This document shows, piece by piece, positions 25,228 through 39,100 of a stretch of DNA of 64,000 bases; position 1 is the stretch's first letter, and every line of letters begins with the position of its first letter. The notes beneath the pieces were generated by a model. That model saw nothing but the letters and a program-made list of their open reading frames with translations. It searched no databases and was not told the DNA's origin. The stretch comes from Octopus vulgaris (Eukaryota). The stretch spans positions 34,658,001 to 34,722,000 of the forward strand of contig OX597831.1 in assembly GCA_951406725.2 (NCBI GenBank), in the 5' to 3' direction. The translations under genes were made by a program, and so were the position numbers.

Positions 25228-26007
25228 TTATGTAAAATAAAAGCATGCAACATAATGAGCTTTAGTATCATGTAACCTATGGGGAAAATGTAAGGAAACA
25301 GACTTATCCTTTCATTTGACACATCCAAACACCTAAAATTATGTGCCTCATTTTGACCACATTTGTTTGCTTGATGGAAGCTATTGTAATGTCCTAGAAA
25401 CAACGACAGAAAATTCAAATTTTTTTTCTTTGTAATCAACAATTACAAAATTGAGATTTTGCTTTTTTAACCAATTATTAAGAGATTTGATATGCAATTT
25501 TAGGGGAGGGGGATCGTAGATTACATCAACTTCAGGATTCAGCCGGTATTTATTTTATCAGCCCTGAAAGGTAAAGTCAACCACTGAGATTAGAACTCAG
25601 AATGTAAGGATGGATGAAATACTACTAGGTATTTTGCCCAGTGTGCTAACGATTCTGCCAGCCCGCTACCTTGCTCCTTAGTAATGATGATGATGATGAT
25701 GATGATAATTGTTTCAAATTTTGGCACAAGGCCAGCAATTTAAGAGAGGGGGCAAGGCAATTATATTGACCCTAGTACTCAAGTGATACTTATTTTATTG
25801 ACCCCTGAAAGGATGCAAAAAAAAATTGACCTCAACAAGATTTGAACTCAAAACGTAAAAGACCACAACTAAATACCACAAGGAATGAAAACAATAATAA
25901 AAAAAAATTATGTTGATCGATTATAATAATCACGAACCAGAAAAAATACACACACACACACACACACACACACAGTGCTTGTGCATATATATATATGCAT
26001 GTTTGTT

Positions 26008-26045
<38 letters not shown>

Positions 26046-29000
26046 AGAGAGAGCAAGTGAGAGAAATATATTGATCTCTTTAACCTATCTGTCTATGAAG
26101 GAATTCAGACAAATCTCACAAGAGACAGACAAGAGTTGTGACCAGGCATAATAGAATTAACAGTTTAGAGCTGAAAATTAGCACTAGATATGATGACTAG
26201 GAGATCTGATAATAACGATGTAAATAAATAAATAAATAAAATGAAAACAAAAAACAAAAAAAAAATGAAAAGAAAAAGAAGGAAAACAAAAGTTCAAAGT
26301 CAGATATGATATTAGTACTTCCTCCTCATACAGTCACCCAAACATTACTCCCACACACTCAACAACAAGGGGGGAAAAAAAGATGAAAATAAAAATATAA
26401 ACGTACAAGAGCTGATGGGGAGGATGTCGGAGAGGGAGTGGATGGGGGGTAAGGACAAAACACTGATAGATGTATTTATAGTCTATAGACCAAGGGAGGG
26501 TAAGAGAGAGAGAGAGAGAGAGGGGAGAGTAGGAAGAAACAAAGTGTAGAAGTGTGTGTGTGTGCATGTTTGCCTGCGTGTGCGATGTATGCATGAACGT
26601 GTGTGTGCGTGCGTGTGTGCGCAAGTGTATGTGTGGTGGGAGGGGAGACAACAGCATTTATTAATCTAGTTATGTAGGATGTAAGTCAATCACGAAACAC
26701 ACGAGGGGTTATAGGGGAGAGAGAGAGAGAGAGAATGTTGAACTTGACCATTCCAGACAAGAATTTATAAATTCTTTTATCTTTTATAATAGGCAAACCA
26801 TATACACACACGTCTTATACATACAGAGAGAGAGAGAGAGAGAGAGAGAAAGATAAATAAATGGTCCAATGTGGAAAAGAAAATACAGGAAGTAATTGAA
26901 TTGTCCAACATACTTTTAGTGAGAAAAGTACTAATGGGTGTACATGGACTATATAAAAGATATGGGGTGTGTACATTGATGTATATCTGGGTATAGAAAT
27001 ACGTGCTTATGTTAATATTTCTGTTGTTACTACATTAACTGATGCATAGTAACTACTTGCCTCTGTGTGTGTGTGTCTGTGAGTGTAGGCATAGTAAAGT
27101 GGTTAAGCATGTTGGGTGAATGGACTAGTGTCTTCTATCAGCATATCAAGATGAGCCAAGCTTTTTGGAGTGAAACTGAGTAGACACACATTTGAGTGGA
27201 TGATCATCAGATGGACTGTCCTTGTAACTCAATGGGAGCAGCCTTAATAGAAACTATCATGATGCTGAGTCTTATGGAGGATCATGGAGATATGCACCTT
27301 ATAGAGATATATACTTGTGAAATAGTCAACCTCATACTAATCTATAAGTTTGTAGTTCAAGTGATAATCCATTTTCTCACTATATCATCATCATCATTTA
27401 GCGCCCACTTTCCATGCTAACATGAGTTGGATGGTTCAACTGGGGTCTGGGAAGCTAGAAGGCTGCACCAGGCCCAGTCTGATCTGGCAATGTTTCTAAA
27501 GCTGGATGCCCTTCCTAACGCCAACCACTCCTTGAGTGTAGTGGGTGCTTTTTACGTGCCAGATGAGGCTGGCAAACGCCCACGATCGGATAGTGCTTTT
27601 TACGTGCCACCAGCACGGAGGCCAGGCGAGGCTGGCAACGGCCGCGATCGGATGGTGCTTTATATATATATATAAAATATGTGTTTTGTGTATAGGAGTA
27701 GTTGTGGCTATGTGGTAGCTTTGGGCCAACCGAAGCCTTAAGCGGGTTTGGTAGACAGAAACTGAAAGCTCATTATGTGTGTGTGTACAGCATCACTTGA
27801 CAACTGGTGTTGGTTTGTTTGTCACCTCTAACTTACCGAACTGGTAAAGACTAACAGAGTAGGTGTCAGGATTAAAACGAAAAAGTGCTGGGGGTGATTT
27901 GTTCAACTAAAACCCTTCATGGTCGCAGTAAAATTATTTAAACAAGATATGTCTCTCTCCTTTTTCAAGAACATCTTCAAGATTCAAGTTGTAGTTGAGA
28001 AAAAGCTAGCTGACATCAAGGGCTGGAAGCCATCTGGATATTGGAAAAGATTTGTCTGTACCATGATGATTGATGTTGGGTATCAAAATGCAGTCACCAT
28101 GATTGCTGCCCAATGATCTCCGAGCACTGTAAAGGCTGTAAAATGTGACATGGTCAGTTGTAATGGAGACTATGAAGCCATGGCCGGCAGGAAAGGACAC
28201 AGAGGGCATTATGACTGCGTCCGCACACTAGTATTGATCCCCACATCTTTGAAGAGAGCCTCAGGCTCATTTCAGTCAGCTATGTGAAGCTGCTGGAAGG
28301 CTATGTGTATGGTAGCTGGATTCAGCTCTTTGCCAAACCTCCAGGAAAAGTCAGAAGTGGTTGTTGGAGAATTTCTATAACTTCACCATCCCCAATATCT
28401 GGCCCCTTAATTCCCTTGATTGTCCTATGTGTGAGGCGCGATTGAGGAAGACACCAACTGCTCTGTCTGCAACACCAAGGCCAAGCTGATGACCAAGATG
28501 AAAGAGGTGTTCAAAGATCTTCCCAGGGCTACAGTGAGGAATGCAGGTGCTGGAAGCTGAGGGCAGCTACTTTGAGTAAACTTATCTCCCAGCCATAATC
28601 TCGTTGATATATTTTGATTTTTAAAAAACTATTTTAATTTTTGGAAAGCGTGTTGCATTTTCTCTTTATGCAAACTATCAAATTCAGCCCGAACACCGTG
28701 TGTGTTTGTGTGTGTGTAGAAAAAATGGATTGTCAGTTGGTTACAATGCTGTGTGTGTGTGTGTACATATACAGAGGGAGGGAGGGAGAGAGAGAGAGAG
28801 AGAGAAATAGAAAGACAGAGAAAGAGAGAGGGAGGGAGAAAGAGAGAAAGAAAGAAAAAAGAGATATAGAAACGCACATACACACACCCTGTAATCAAGT
28901 GCTGAAAACTCATGCTTGTTTGTTATGCCTATGAGCATGAGAGAGTATATGCAGAATGTCATAGGATGAGTGTATGTATGCACATGTGAATAAGCAGGTC

Positions 29001-31161
29001 CACATGTGATTGAGTGTGTTTCTGAGGGCAACATACATGTGAGCATGCATGATGTGTGCACATTTGCAAGCATGCGAATATATGTGAGCCTGTTTGTGCA
29101 CACAAGTTGCATATGCTTACGTTAACGTGTCTTTGCATGTGTACACTGCAATATATTAGCATTGCAGCTTTAATCAGCTTACACTATATTATTGTGCACG
29201 ATTTAGACAAGGAAGTCATGCCAAAGTCAGGCTCTATTGTCAAAGTTAAACCAAATTGACAAATACATCTTTTACTGCTGTGTGGGGGTGTACGTATGAC
29301 ACGGAGGGAAGAAGGATGTCAAGAAAGAAGAGGAGGATGTAAATATCCAGAATTGGAATCACAAACATAATATTCTGTTCTTGTCATCATTCACTGGACT
29401 GTTGCCATGCTGGAGCAATGCTTTCTAGAGTATACAATAAAGTACATTGATCCCTAGTATTTTGTATCATACTCATTGTTTTGACCTCAGAAGGATGAAA
29501 GACAAAACTACCCAAGAGGAATTTGAACTCAGAAAGTAAAGGGACTTTTAACTAAATACCACAAACTACATTTGTCTTATCTTTTACTTGTTACAGCCAT
29601 TGGAATGCGGCCATGCTAGGGCACAACCTTGGAGGTTTCAATCAAGCAAATCAACCCCAGTACTCATGTATATTTCAAGTCTGGTATTTATTCTATCAGT
29701 CTCTTTTGCCAAACTTCTAAGTTACGGAGACATAAATACAATTCCTATCCACCAACTTCACTCTCAGTGACCCAGGGCAAGATACCACTTGTCCAAGGCG
29801 CTACTAGGCAAGGGAACTAAACCCATAAACTACGTGGTTGCAAAGCGAGCTTCTTAACTTACACAGCCAGCCATGCCTTGCTCTTGTCTTTTATCTCTTA
29901 CTTGTTTCAGTCATTAGGCTGCAGCCATGCTGGAGCACTGCCCTGAAGAATTTCTAGTTGATTGAATGGACCCCAGTACTTTTTATTCTACAAGTTTCCT
30001 TTGAGCCACACAGGGGGACTGAGACTAGGACCATATGGTTGGGAAGCAAGCTTCTTACCACACAGCCACACCTGGACCTATGTCCAAGTCTTTTCATTAT
30101 CAACAACTGGTGGATCTAAAGTGTGGAATAAATGAAATGGATAATAATGATTTCAAATTTTGGCACAAGGCCAGCAAATTCAGGGGGAGGGGACTAGTCA
30201 ATAACATCAACCCCAGTACTCAACTGGTACTTTTTGTTGCTTTTTATCAAACTCAAAAGGCTGAAAGGCAAAATCAACCTTGGCAGAATTTGAAATCAGA
30301 AAGTAAAGAGAGGCAAAATACTGCTAAGTATTCTGCCTGTCCAGTGTGCTAATGATTCTGCCAGCTTTCTGCCATACCACGGTCCACCTATCACGGCTTA
30401 TTTAAGCTTACGTCAATTCCTCTGCGGTGTTGTTCTGCATTTATAATAAAATATATACAAATTATAAAAATAACAAGAAGATTCAGGGAACGCAAACCTC
30501 CACCAAGGCAACATCAACGTCCTCTCAACGATTAGCCAGAGAAGATTTTTAAAATGAGAATATTTGAAATAAACTCAATTGCTCTCACAAACTAGAGTAC
30601 GAAAAATTAACAGAGGGAGGGAGGGGAGGAGGAGATTTATTTGAAATCTAAATTGTGTTTTTGATAGTTTTCACATTATTTTTCCTTTAGAAAAATAAAC
30701 CAAAGATAGATGTTGCCAGAGAAGAATAGACACAACATTCTAAAATTATAAATGGTTTCTAGACCATTGTAAGTGTGTGTGTGTTATTACAATCAACTGT
30801 ATAAAAAGAGGGAGGAGTAGATAGATAGTTGAATGAAGAACAAGATAATAAAAATAAAACATTGGAAAACAAAGGAAACAAAAAAAAAAAGAAAATAAAT
30901 GAAGCCCCCTTCCTTTTCCCCACTACTATAGCACCCACAAGACCTATTGCCATTGCTACTACTAAAAATTTCATTAATGGGAAGTAGGGGAACAGACAGA
31001 TATATTTATTATGTGATTAGGGTAGTTGTGCCAAAAAACAACAAAAAAAAGTAAAAAAAAAAAAAAACTACCCCAGGAAAGACTTGCCAAAAACCACTGG
31101 CTAGTACAATGACACCCCCATCACACACCAATTGTAAAGAAATCTTAACATACATTTAAAT

Positions 31162-31231
<70 letters not shown>

Positions 31232-34200
31232 AATAATCAATACTGACAAGAACTTTTGGGGCAGCAAAATAACACAGAAAAATAAATAAATAAAATGTGG
31301 GAGAGAAAAGAGGGAGCCAGGAAGATGATTTCCAAATCCCACCTAAGGTCATTTATTTTGTTTTCTGCCACAATTTGATAAAATACTACGATTATAGACC
31401 AGTGTTTCCCAACCTCTTTACTCTTGCAGAATTCTTTAAATACATTCCACATAATGGGGAATCCCCTAAATGCAGAGTTATTACACCCTTGTATTTTACT
31501 CTCTCTTTCATGAAGTTTCATTTCATAAAAAGTTGAATGAATCAAAACTGTCTTTGCCACAAAGCAGCTTTAAGAAATTTCAAAGACCTTGTTTCGACCA
31601 AATCCCCATACAATTAGATTTCCATTAAGAGGTCATCTTTTTCCCGATAGAGACTCCTTGCTATTTATAGGTACCAGGATTTCCCCAATTTTGCAGAATA
31701 TACTTTGTATGAATCTTTTAGCTTTTACTGGTTTCAGTCATTAGACTGCAGCCATGCCAGGGTACTGTCCTGAAGAATTTTGGTGGAATGAGTTGCCCCT
31801 GTACTTTTTTCCTTTTTTATAATTAAACACAACAACGACTTTAAAAAATACAACTGTGTTGATAATTAAACCATTTATTTCCATAATGGAACCTGAGGAT
31901 TCTAGTGAAAGGGGGTGGTACACTCATAATTGCAAGACCATGGTTTTGGTCCCAGACTGGGTGGTGTGTTGTGTTCTTAAGCAAGGCAAGCCGATGCCAT
32001 TGCTTCAGTTCATTAGCTGTAAATGAATAATCATGCGAAGGATTGACATCCTGTTTCAGGGGCGGTGGGGATATGGTGACCTTTGTCATTTATGTGCCAT
32101 GGAAACTGGGTAACGGGTCCATTGAGTTCTAGGACTTGAGACAGAAATGGCCATGAGGTTGAGGATGATGATGAGACAGAGGAGGGTCCTAGGAAACACA
32201 TATAGGCAAGTGAGTCTCTCTCTCAAAATTGCATACAAACATATAACTGGTCACTACTTTAGCCAATAATACTGATTTTTAACATTAGTGCAAGATCACA
32301 AATTTCCAGAGAAGGGCAAAAGGTGAAAAAAATTAAAACCATAGAAATCAACACCAATACTTAATTGGTATGCATTGCACCAATCTGGGATGTCAGACTC
32401 AGAACCAACCATCAAAATGCAATTTCATCGACCACTGCACCTATTTTGGCAATCTCCACCTCCATACCAACACACACCACTTATTTGGATACAAGGTCAC
32501 TAATCTGATCTTAGTACCTGGCTAATACTTTATTGTATCTACCAAGGAAAGATGAAAAGCAACAGTGACCTCAGTAAGGTTTGAACTCGAAACAAAGAAC
32601 CAAAACCAACAACTGCAACCCTATAAAGCTTTGGAACTTAAACGTAAGTACAGATGGTGAGCAGAAGGAAGAAGTTAAAATCAACAATTTTTATTTTAGT
32701 TTGCTTTTTTTCTTTCCTTAAGATGAAATGAAAACATGTTTGTTTATGTCTTAAGTGTTAATATAAATAATGAACATAAAAGATGATTATGTCATTATTC
32801 TTTGCAACAACACTTCATTAATTACACACATATACACACACTTGTTGAAGTCTTTGGACTGTGGCCAAGCTGGAATATTGACTTCAAGGATTTTTTATAG
32901 TCAATTATATCAAACTCAGTATTTAGTCTAGCCTTTATGAAATGACTAAAGTATGCTTTTGGCACCAAGGAGTGTAACTAAGTATTTCTCTGTTTGATGC
33001 AATTACACACACACACACACACATTCTCTCTCTCTCATAGATTTGAGAAGACTTGTCGCCATGATACAAAACTCCCTGCAAACTGAAGTAGTATACAACA
33101 GCTTAATATTACTATTGCTAATAATAACAGTAACAATAACAATAGCGTGAGCTACAATAATGTTTCTATTATAGGCACAAGGCAAGAAATTTGGGGTGGG
33201 GATAAAGAGTTAGCTAATTCAATCTACCCCCAGTATTATATAATACTTTATTTTATCAACCCTGCAAGAATGAAGAATGTAAATATTGTACATTTTGTTC
33301 AGTGTAAAAAACACTTGGCCATGGTAGGCGTTGAACAAAGAACATAAAGAGTCAGAGAAAATACAAGGCATTTCATCCAATGCCAACCCATTGCCCTTAC
33401 TATAATAATAATCCTTTCTACTTATAGCCACAAGGCCTGAAATTGGGGAGCGGAATAGTCAATTACACAGACCCCAGTACTCAACTGGTACTTAATTTAT
33501 CGCCCCTGAAAAAAATGAAAGGAAAAGTTGACCTTGGCGGTATTTGAAATCAGAATATAAAGGCAGATGAAATGCTGCTGAGAACTTTGCTAGTGTGCTA
33601 ACGATTCTGCCAGCTCACTGCCTTATATAATAATAAATAATAATCCTTACTGCTTTAGGCACAAAGCTTGAAATTTGGGGGAGGGGACTAGTTGATTACA
33701 TCAGCCCCAATGTTTCACTGGTACATATTTTATCAACCCCGAAAGGATGAAATTTGGGGGAGGGGACTAGTTGATTACATCAGCCCCAATGTTTCACTGG
33801 TACTTATTTTATCGACTCCAAAAGGATGAAAGGCTAAGTTGACCCCGGCAACATTTGAACTCAGAACGTGAAGACAGATGAAATACTGTTGAGCATTTCT
33901 GCCAGCTCACCGCCTTCATTATTATCCTTTTATCAAGCATCCGCTGTCCATGCTGGCATGGGTGGGACAGTTTGACCAGGGCTGGCAAGCTGGAAGGCTG
34001 TACTAAATTCCAGTCTGATTTGGCATGGTTTCTATGACTGGATGCCTTTCCTAACGCCAATCACTCTTCACTGATTGGAAGTGTGCTGAATACCACAGAT
34101 TTGCTTATCAGTTACTAGACCATAACCACTTGAGCATGTCCCTAAGTGGCTGACAATAAATGCATCTCTAAATCACAAGCAGGAACAATGGAGCAGCACC

Positions 34201-35949
34201 ATTCATGTGCTGAAAGGTTTCTTGGGGATTTGAATAATTCACCCATGGAAACATAGGTGTTTCATTCATTATCTGTAAACAACCCATGTTCGGGGACCTT
34301 TTGAGTGGAATGGGCTACTCAACCTGAAAAGAATTCTGACTGGCCACATCTGGAAGGTCATATGATGTTAATCTTGACATGAGGTCAGCATGTCATGAAC
34401 ATATGGTAGTGATGCAGGTGTCACGTGTAATGTTATCAGATGGGTAGTCATGATGGATATATTGGGCTTTGTCTATTTGGACCCCAGAATCACTTAGATA
34501 GCATGTGCTGTTCTCTCACTCAATAACAACAAGAACAAAAACAATCCAGGGCCTGAAATATGGAGGAAGGAAGCTAATCGATTACATTGACCATTCAACT
34601 GCAACTTATTTTATTGACCCCCAAAAAGATGGAAGGTAAAGTCAACCTCAGAGTATTTTGAACACAGAACATAAAGCCAGAAGAAATGCTGCTAAGCACT
34701 TTTTCTTTTATTCACTACAGGGGCTTCAGAAGGGAGGGTCATTATATTTCAAATCTTGGCACATGGTCAGCAGCAATTTCAGGTGAGGTGGGAGTGGGAA
34801 TTAGCCAATTACACAGACTCCCCAGTATTTTAGTATTTTATCATGTTCAAAAGACTAAGACAAAGCTAACTTCAGTGGCATTTGAATTTAAAATGTAAGG
34901 CATTGGAAGAAATGCTGCTTGATAAAATTTTCTAGGTTAGGCACAAACCAACACGTATGTAAAGCATAGTTTAACCAATTGAATGGTCTCCAGTGTCTGC
35001 CTGGTGCTTATCTATCAGAATGTAGCTGGGTGAAACTAAATACTGACAGATATTAAATCAGAAAACTCCATTAGTCTTTGCTATTCTACCCACCTAGTAT
35101 CAAGAATTAAGGAAGTGTAGCAGCTGCAATTAAAAGATGATGATGATGATGGAAACAAAAAGCTCTAGATGTTTTCGCTTATCTCAAACTATAAGACAAA
35201 GAGAGGAGACCAACTCAATCAAAGAGAGATTTCAGCTGCTGCCTACTCACAAACCAATTTCTCTAACATCTTTCCATAATATCAAACAGCTTTGCCAACT
35301 TTACATGCCGGCATTGATTGCTTTGCTTTGTTTCATTATGGCTTAGCCAAGAGGAAAGGACAGTTGCTCTTTAACCTCACAGGCCCTCCAAGATTTCCAT
35401 GATCAATATACTTCAACAAGAATATCTCTAAATTGATGCTTATGGTGTTGGTGTTGGTGGTGGGGGCACAGACAGACAAGAAATTCCAGAAGGAATGCTC
35501 TAGGGTAGGAAAGATTGGGTACAGCAGATAGTTAAACTGTAACAAATTAGAAGTGCCAAGAGGAAAAGGGGTGAGTGTGCCAGGTGGGCCTGCATGGAGT
35601 TGGAGGCAGTATGCAACAAACTGTGTACAAGCCATTGTACTAGCAGTGGAATAGGCTGGTAAATGGGATTTTTGTCAAACTTTGATTGACAAATACTAGT
35701 GCTGGATTACAAATGCACACGTGTGGTGTCATGTGCAGAAAAAAAAACCAACAGGTAATATAGTATAACCTGGAAGTGAGAAAGAGAGAAGTTGTGATAG
35801 TAAAAAAAGACACTGTCTCCTATGTCAACAAAAGTAATATGATACAACAGTGGGGACTGGAGAGAGAACAAGGCAAGAGACTAAATGATACCAAGCAGTT
35901 AGTGCAGCTATTTCCAAAATAGATAATCATATATATATATGTGTGTGTG

Positions 35950-35985
<36 letters not shown>

Positions 35986-36082
35986 TATATACATACACAC
36001 ACACACACATATATACATACACACACACACACACATATACATACACACACACACACATACACACACACATACATACACACAC

Positions 36083-36159
<77 letters not shown>

Positions 36160-39100
36160 AATCAATCATCTAATAGGGAATTAGATAAAGCAAAATATTA
36201 CAATAATAAAAAAAGATAAAGAAACACCACAAAGATATCGACCAAAGAGACTATTGTGGGATGACATCCTCCTACATCATTAAATTATTTTCAATAATAA
36301 TCATTTCTTTTACACTAGATTTAAAATTATTTTGTAAAGGAAGAACAAAATGGACCCAATATAACAACCACTGCAAAAGAAGACGAAGTTGATTTTCGCA
36401 AGATTTATACTCCAAACAGTGAAACGCAGAGAAGAAAATTATGCATTAGGTATAGTTCTTCTCTACAGGCTTGGCCATCTCCCTTGTCCTTATCCAGCCA
36501 TCATAAAATTAATTTGGAGAAGCAGAACACTAGATTTCGGAGGTCTAATTGCCTGGCAAGAGATTCGATCCAAGACTGTTAGAACTAAAAAAGAACTACA
36601 GCATAGAAGACACATATCAGCCATGCAAATACGCACAAATTTTAACCCTTTAGCATCGAAACTGGCCTTAGCCAGCCAAAATATTCAACTTAATTATGTT
36701 CAAACTGGCCAGATCTATCCTCTCATACCTGCTCTACAATGTCATTTTAAAAATAAACAATCACATCATCAAAATCCCAAAGCCACAAGATAATGTACAA
36801 TTAATTCAAAACAGTGTGAATAAATAAGCATTACTTTTGACAGAATAATCAGAATGTTTAAGAGTTAAACATTTATCATTTGGTGTCAAAATTTTCGTTG
36901 CACCAAATATGACCTGATCACTGACACAGTTCCACAACAATTGGTTTAAGGTAATGTTATTGGTCAGCATATATAGGTTTCAGGGTTAAACATCTAATCT
37001 GATCAACATAGGTCAGTCATTCTGGTTGTCATTGTCTGGTGCTTATAGTTAACACTGTATCTGGTTGTAATTCACATGCCTTCTAATTATCACACCAAAT
37101 GCCAATTGCCTTATTTGAAGGCCCACAGCAGTGTATTTTTCTGCAAAAGGCATTTACTAATTATTGGACTGAGCAGACTTGCATAATTACCAGAACCAAA
37201 AGGTAAAATGGTCCATAGATATCTTTTCTACTTTAGGTACAAAGCCCGGAATTTTAGGGGAGGGAACCATTCAATAAGATTGACTCAGTACACAACTAGT
37301 ACTTAATTTATCAACTCCCGATGAAAGGCAAAGTCAACCTCAGCAGAATTTGAACTCAGAACGTAAAGACAGACGAAATACCGCTAAGCATTTCGCCCGG
37401 CATGCTAATGTTTCTGCCAGCTCGCCATCTTGGCCCAAAGATATATTAAGTAAGAGAATAGTAACTATTTATGCAGAGGGTTTTATGATCTTCTAAGAAA
37501 TGAGACAGAAAGCTTACAGAAAAGTTGATGGAAGAACTCAGAATCAGATTTTATGTCCCTTAAGCCAAATCTCTTTTCAGAAAGCCATTTGCATCTGAAA
37601 CTTTCTCTGTAACATAGCTAAGCTCAGAATAACAATACTTCTTTTTGCCATAGGCACAAGGCCTGAAAGCTTTGGAGAGGGGACTAGTCAATTACATCAA
37701 CCCCAGTGTTCAATTGATACTCATTTCATCGACCTTAAATGCCACTAAGCAATTTATATAGTGTACCAATGCTTCTATCAGTTTACCACCTTAATACTAC
37801 AACTAATAATAATCCTTTCTACTATAGGCACAAGGCTTGAAATTTTGGTGGTGAGGGCTACTCAATTATTAAGATGTGAGCATTCAACAGGTACTTATTT
37901 CATCAATCCCTAAAGGATGAAAGGCAAAGTCAACTTTGAAATCTGAGCACACAAGGAAGGCAAAATGCTGGTAAGCATTTTGTCCAGCATACTGAAAAAT
38001 TTTCCCAGGTTGCCATCAACACAATAATAATAATAATAATGATAATAATGATAATAAAAACAAACAGGAAGCTGTACTGAAAATGGTAATTATTATGAAG
38101 GGGTTGCACATATGTTAAAAAGAGGTATTCAATGTGAATCAACATATGCAAGAAAAACAAAACAACTAAAAGAAAATAACTAAATCTTAGCACCTTACCA
38201 GTAACCCAAAGTGGAAAAGAAATGTTCATGTCCTTAGATCTAAACACGGAAATATCTTCAAATACTAGTTGAAATAGCACTGTTAAGTTTTCCACACAAA
38301 AGTACAAATCATTATTATTTTTTACATTTCCATACACTTTTCACTCAAAAACTAGTTCTAGTTACCTTCTTGTATTTTGACTAATCTACATGTTAAAGCT
38401 TTTTATGCTTGGTGATAGATATATTGGCATAAATACTCAATGAAAAATGTGTGTGTGTGCGAGAGAGAGAGAGAGAGAGAGAGAATGTGTGTTGGTAAAC
38501 AAAAGCTATTGTCAGACTAGTACTAATAGGTAACGGGATTAATACTCTAAGTAACTATTAAAGCATTTCCACAAGCAAAACAGAAGCCAAACCAAAAACT
38601 TAAAGGAAATCTTATACGCGCGCACACACATATACACACAAACAACCTTATGGCAAATCCTGTACATTAAAGAAAAAAAATCCATATAAATAAATCCCAA
38701 TAAAAAAAAAAGGAAAAACAGAAAATACCAATGTAAAAAAACATGTATAAAACCCAAATAAAAAATCAAAAAAAATAATCCCGAAAACATTAAAGCAAAA
38801 GAATACAACTGACCTTAGAAGTTGCACTGAAAATAACACCCTGTTGACAATAATAGTAATAATAATAATAGTACCAGTGGCGATGGTGGTAGTAATAATA
38901 ATAATGATAATTATGGTGTTTATCTATAAACTAGTGATATGAAGTTTTATGTAATTGCCGAGAGCAGAGTTATCAAAGGAACCGACTTCCTTGTCCTCAA
39001 GTGCACATTTCTCTAAACTGAGATGCATTCACAGCAGAATATCAAATATTTCCTGATCAGTCGATACAGCTTTCTTTCCATTTCTGACAAAAGACTTGTC

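Noticed and set aside
31399-31700. hAT-like left end CAGTGTTTCCCAAC
   Set aside because: No convincing matching right TIR or TSD.
33160-34920. Regularly recurring motifs resembling a CRISPR or tRNA array
   Set aside because: These are about 215-bp diverged SINE copies in eukaryotic DNA, with no cas genes or intact tRNA cloverleaf.
35820-36219. ORFs of VC/HT/YI dipeptide repeats, also at 22869-23237, 24985-25442 and elsewhere
   Set aside because: Translations of microsatellites.
36314-36370. Strong acceptor cttcttttgcag|TGG
   Set aside because: Only weak donors downstream (gtccat, gtaaaa).
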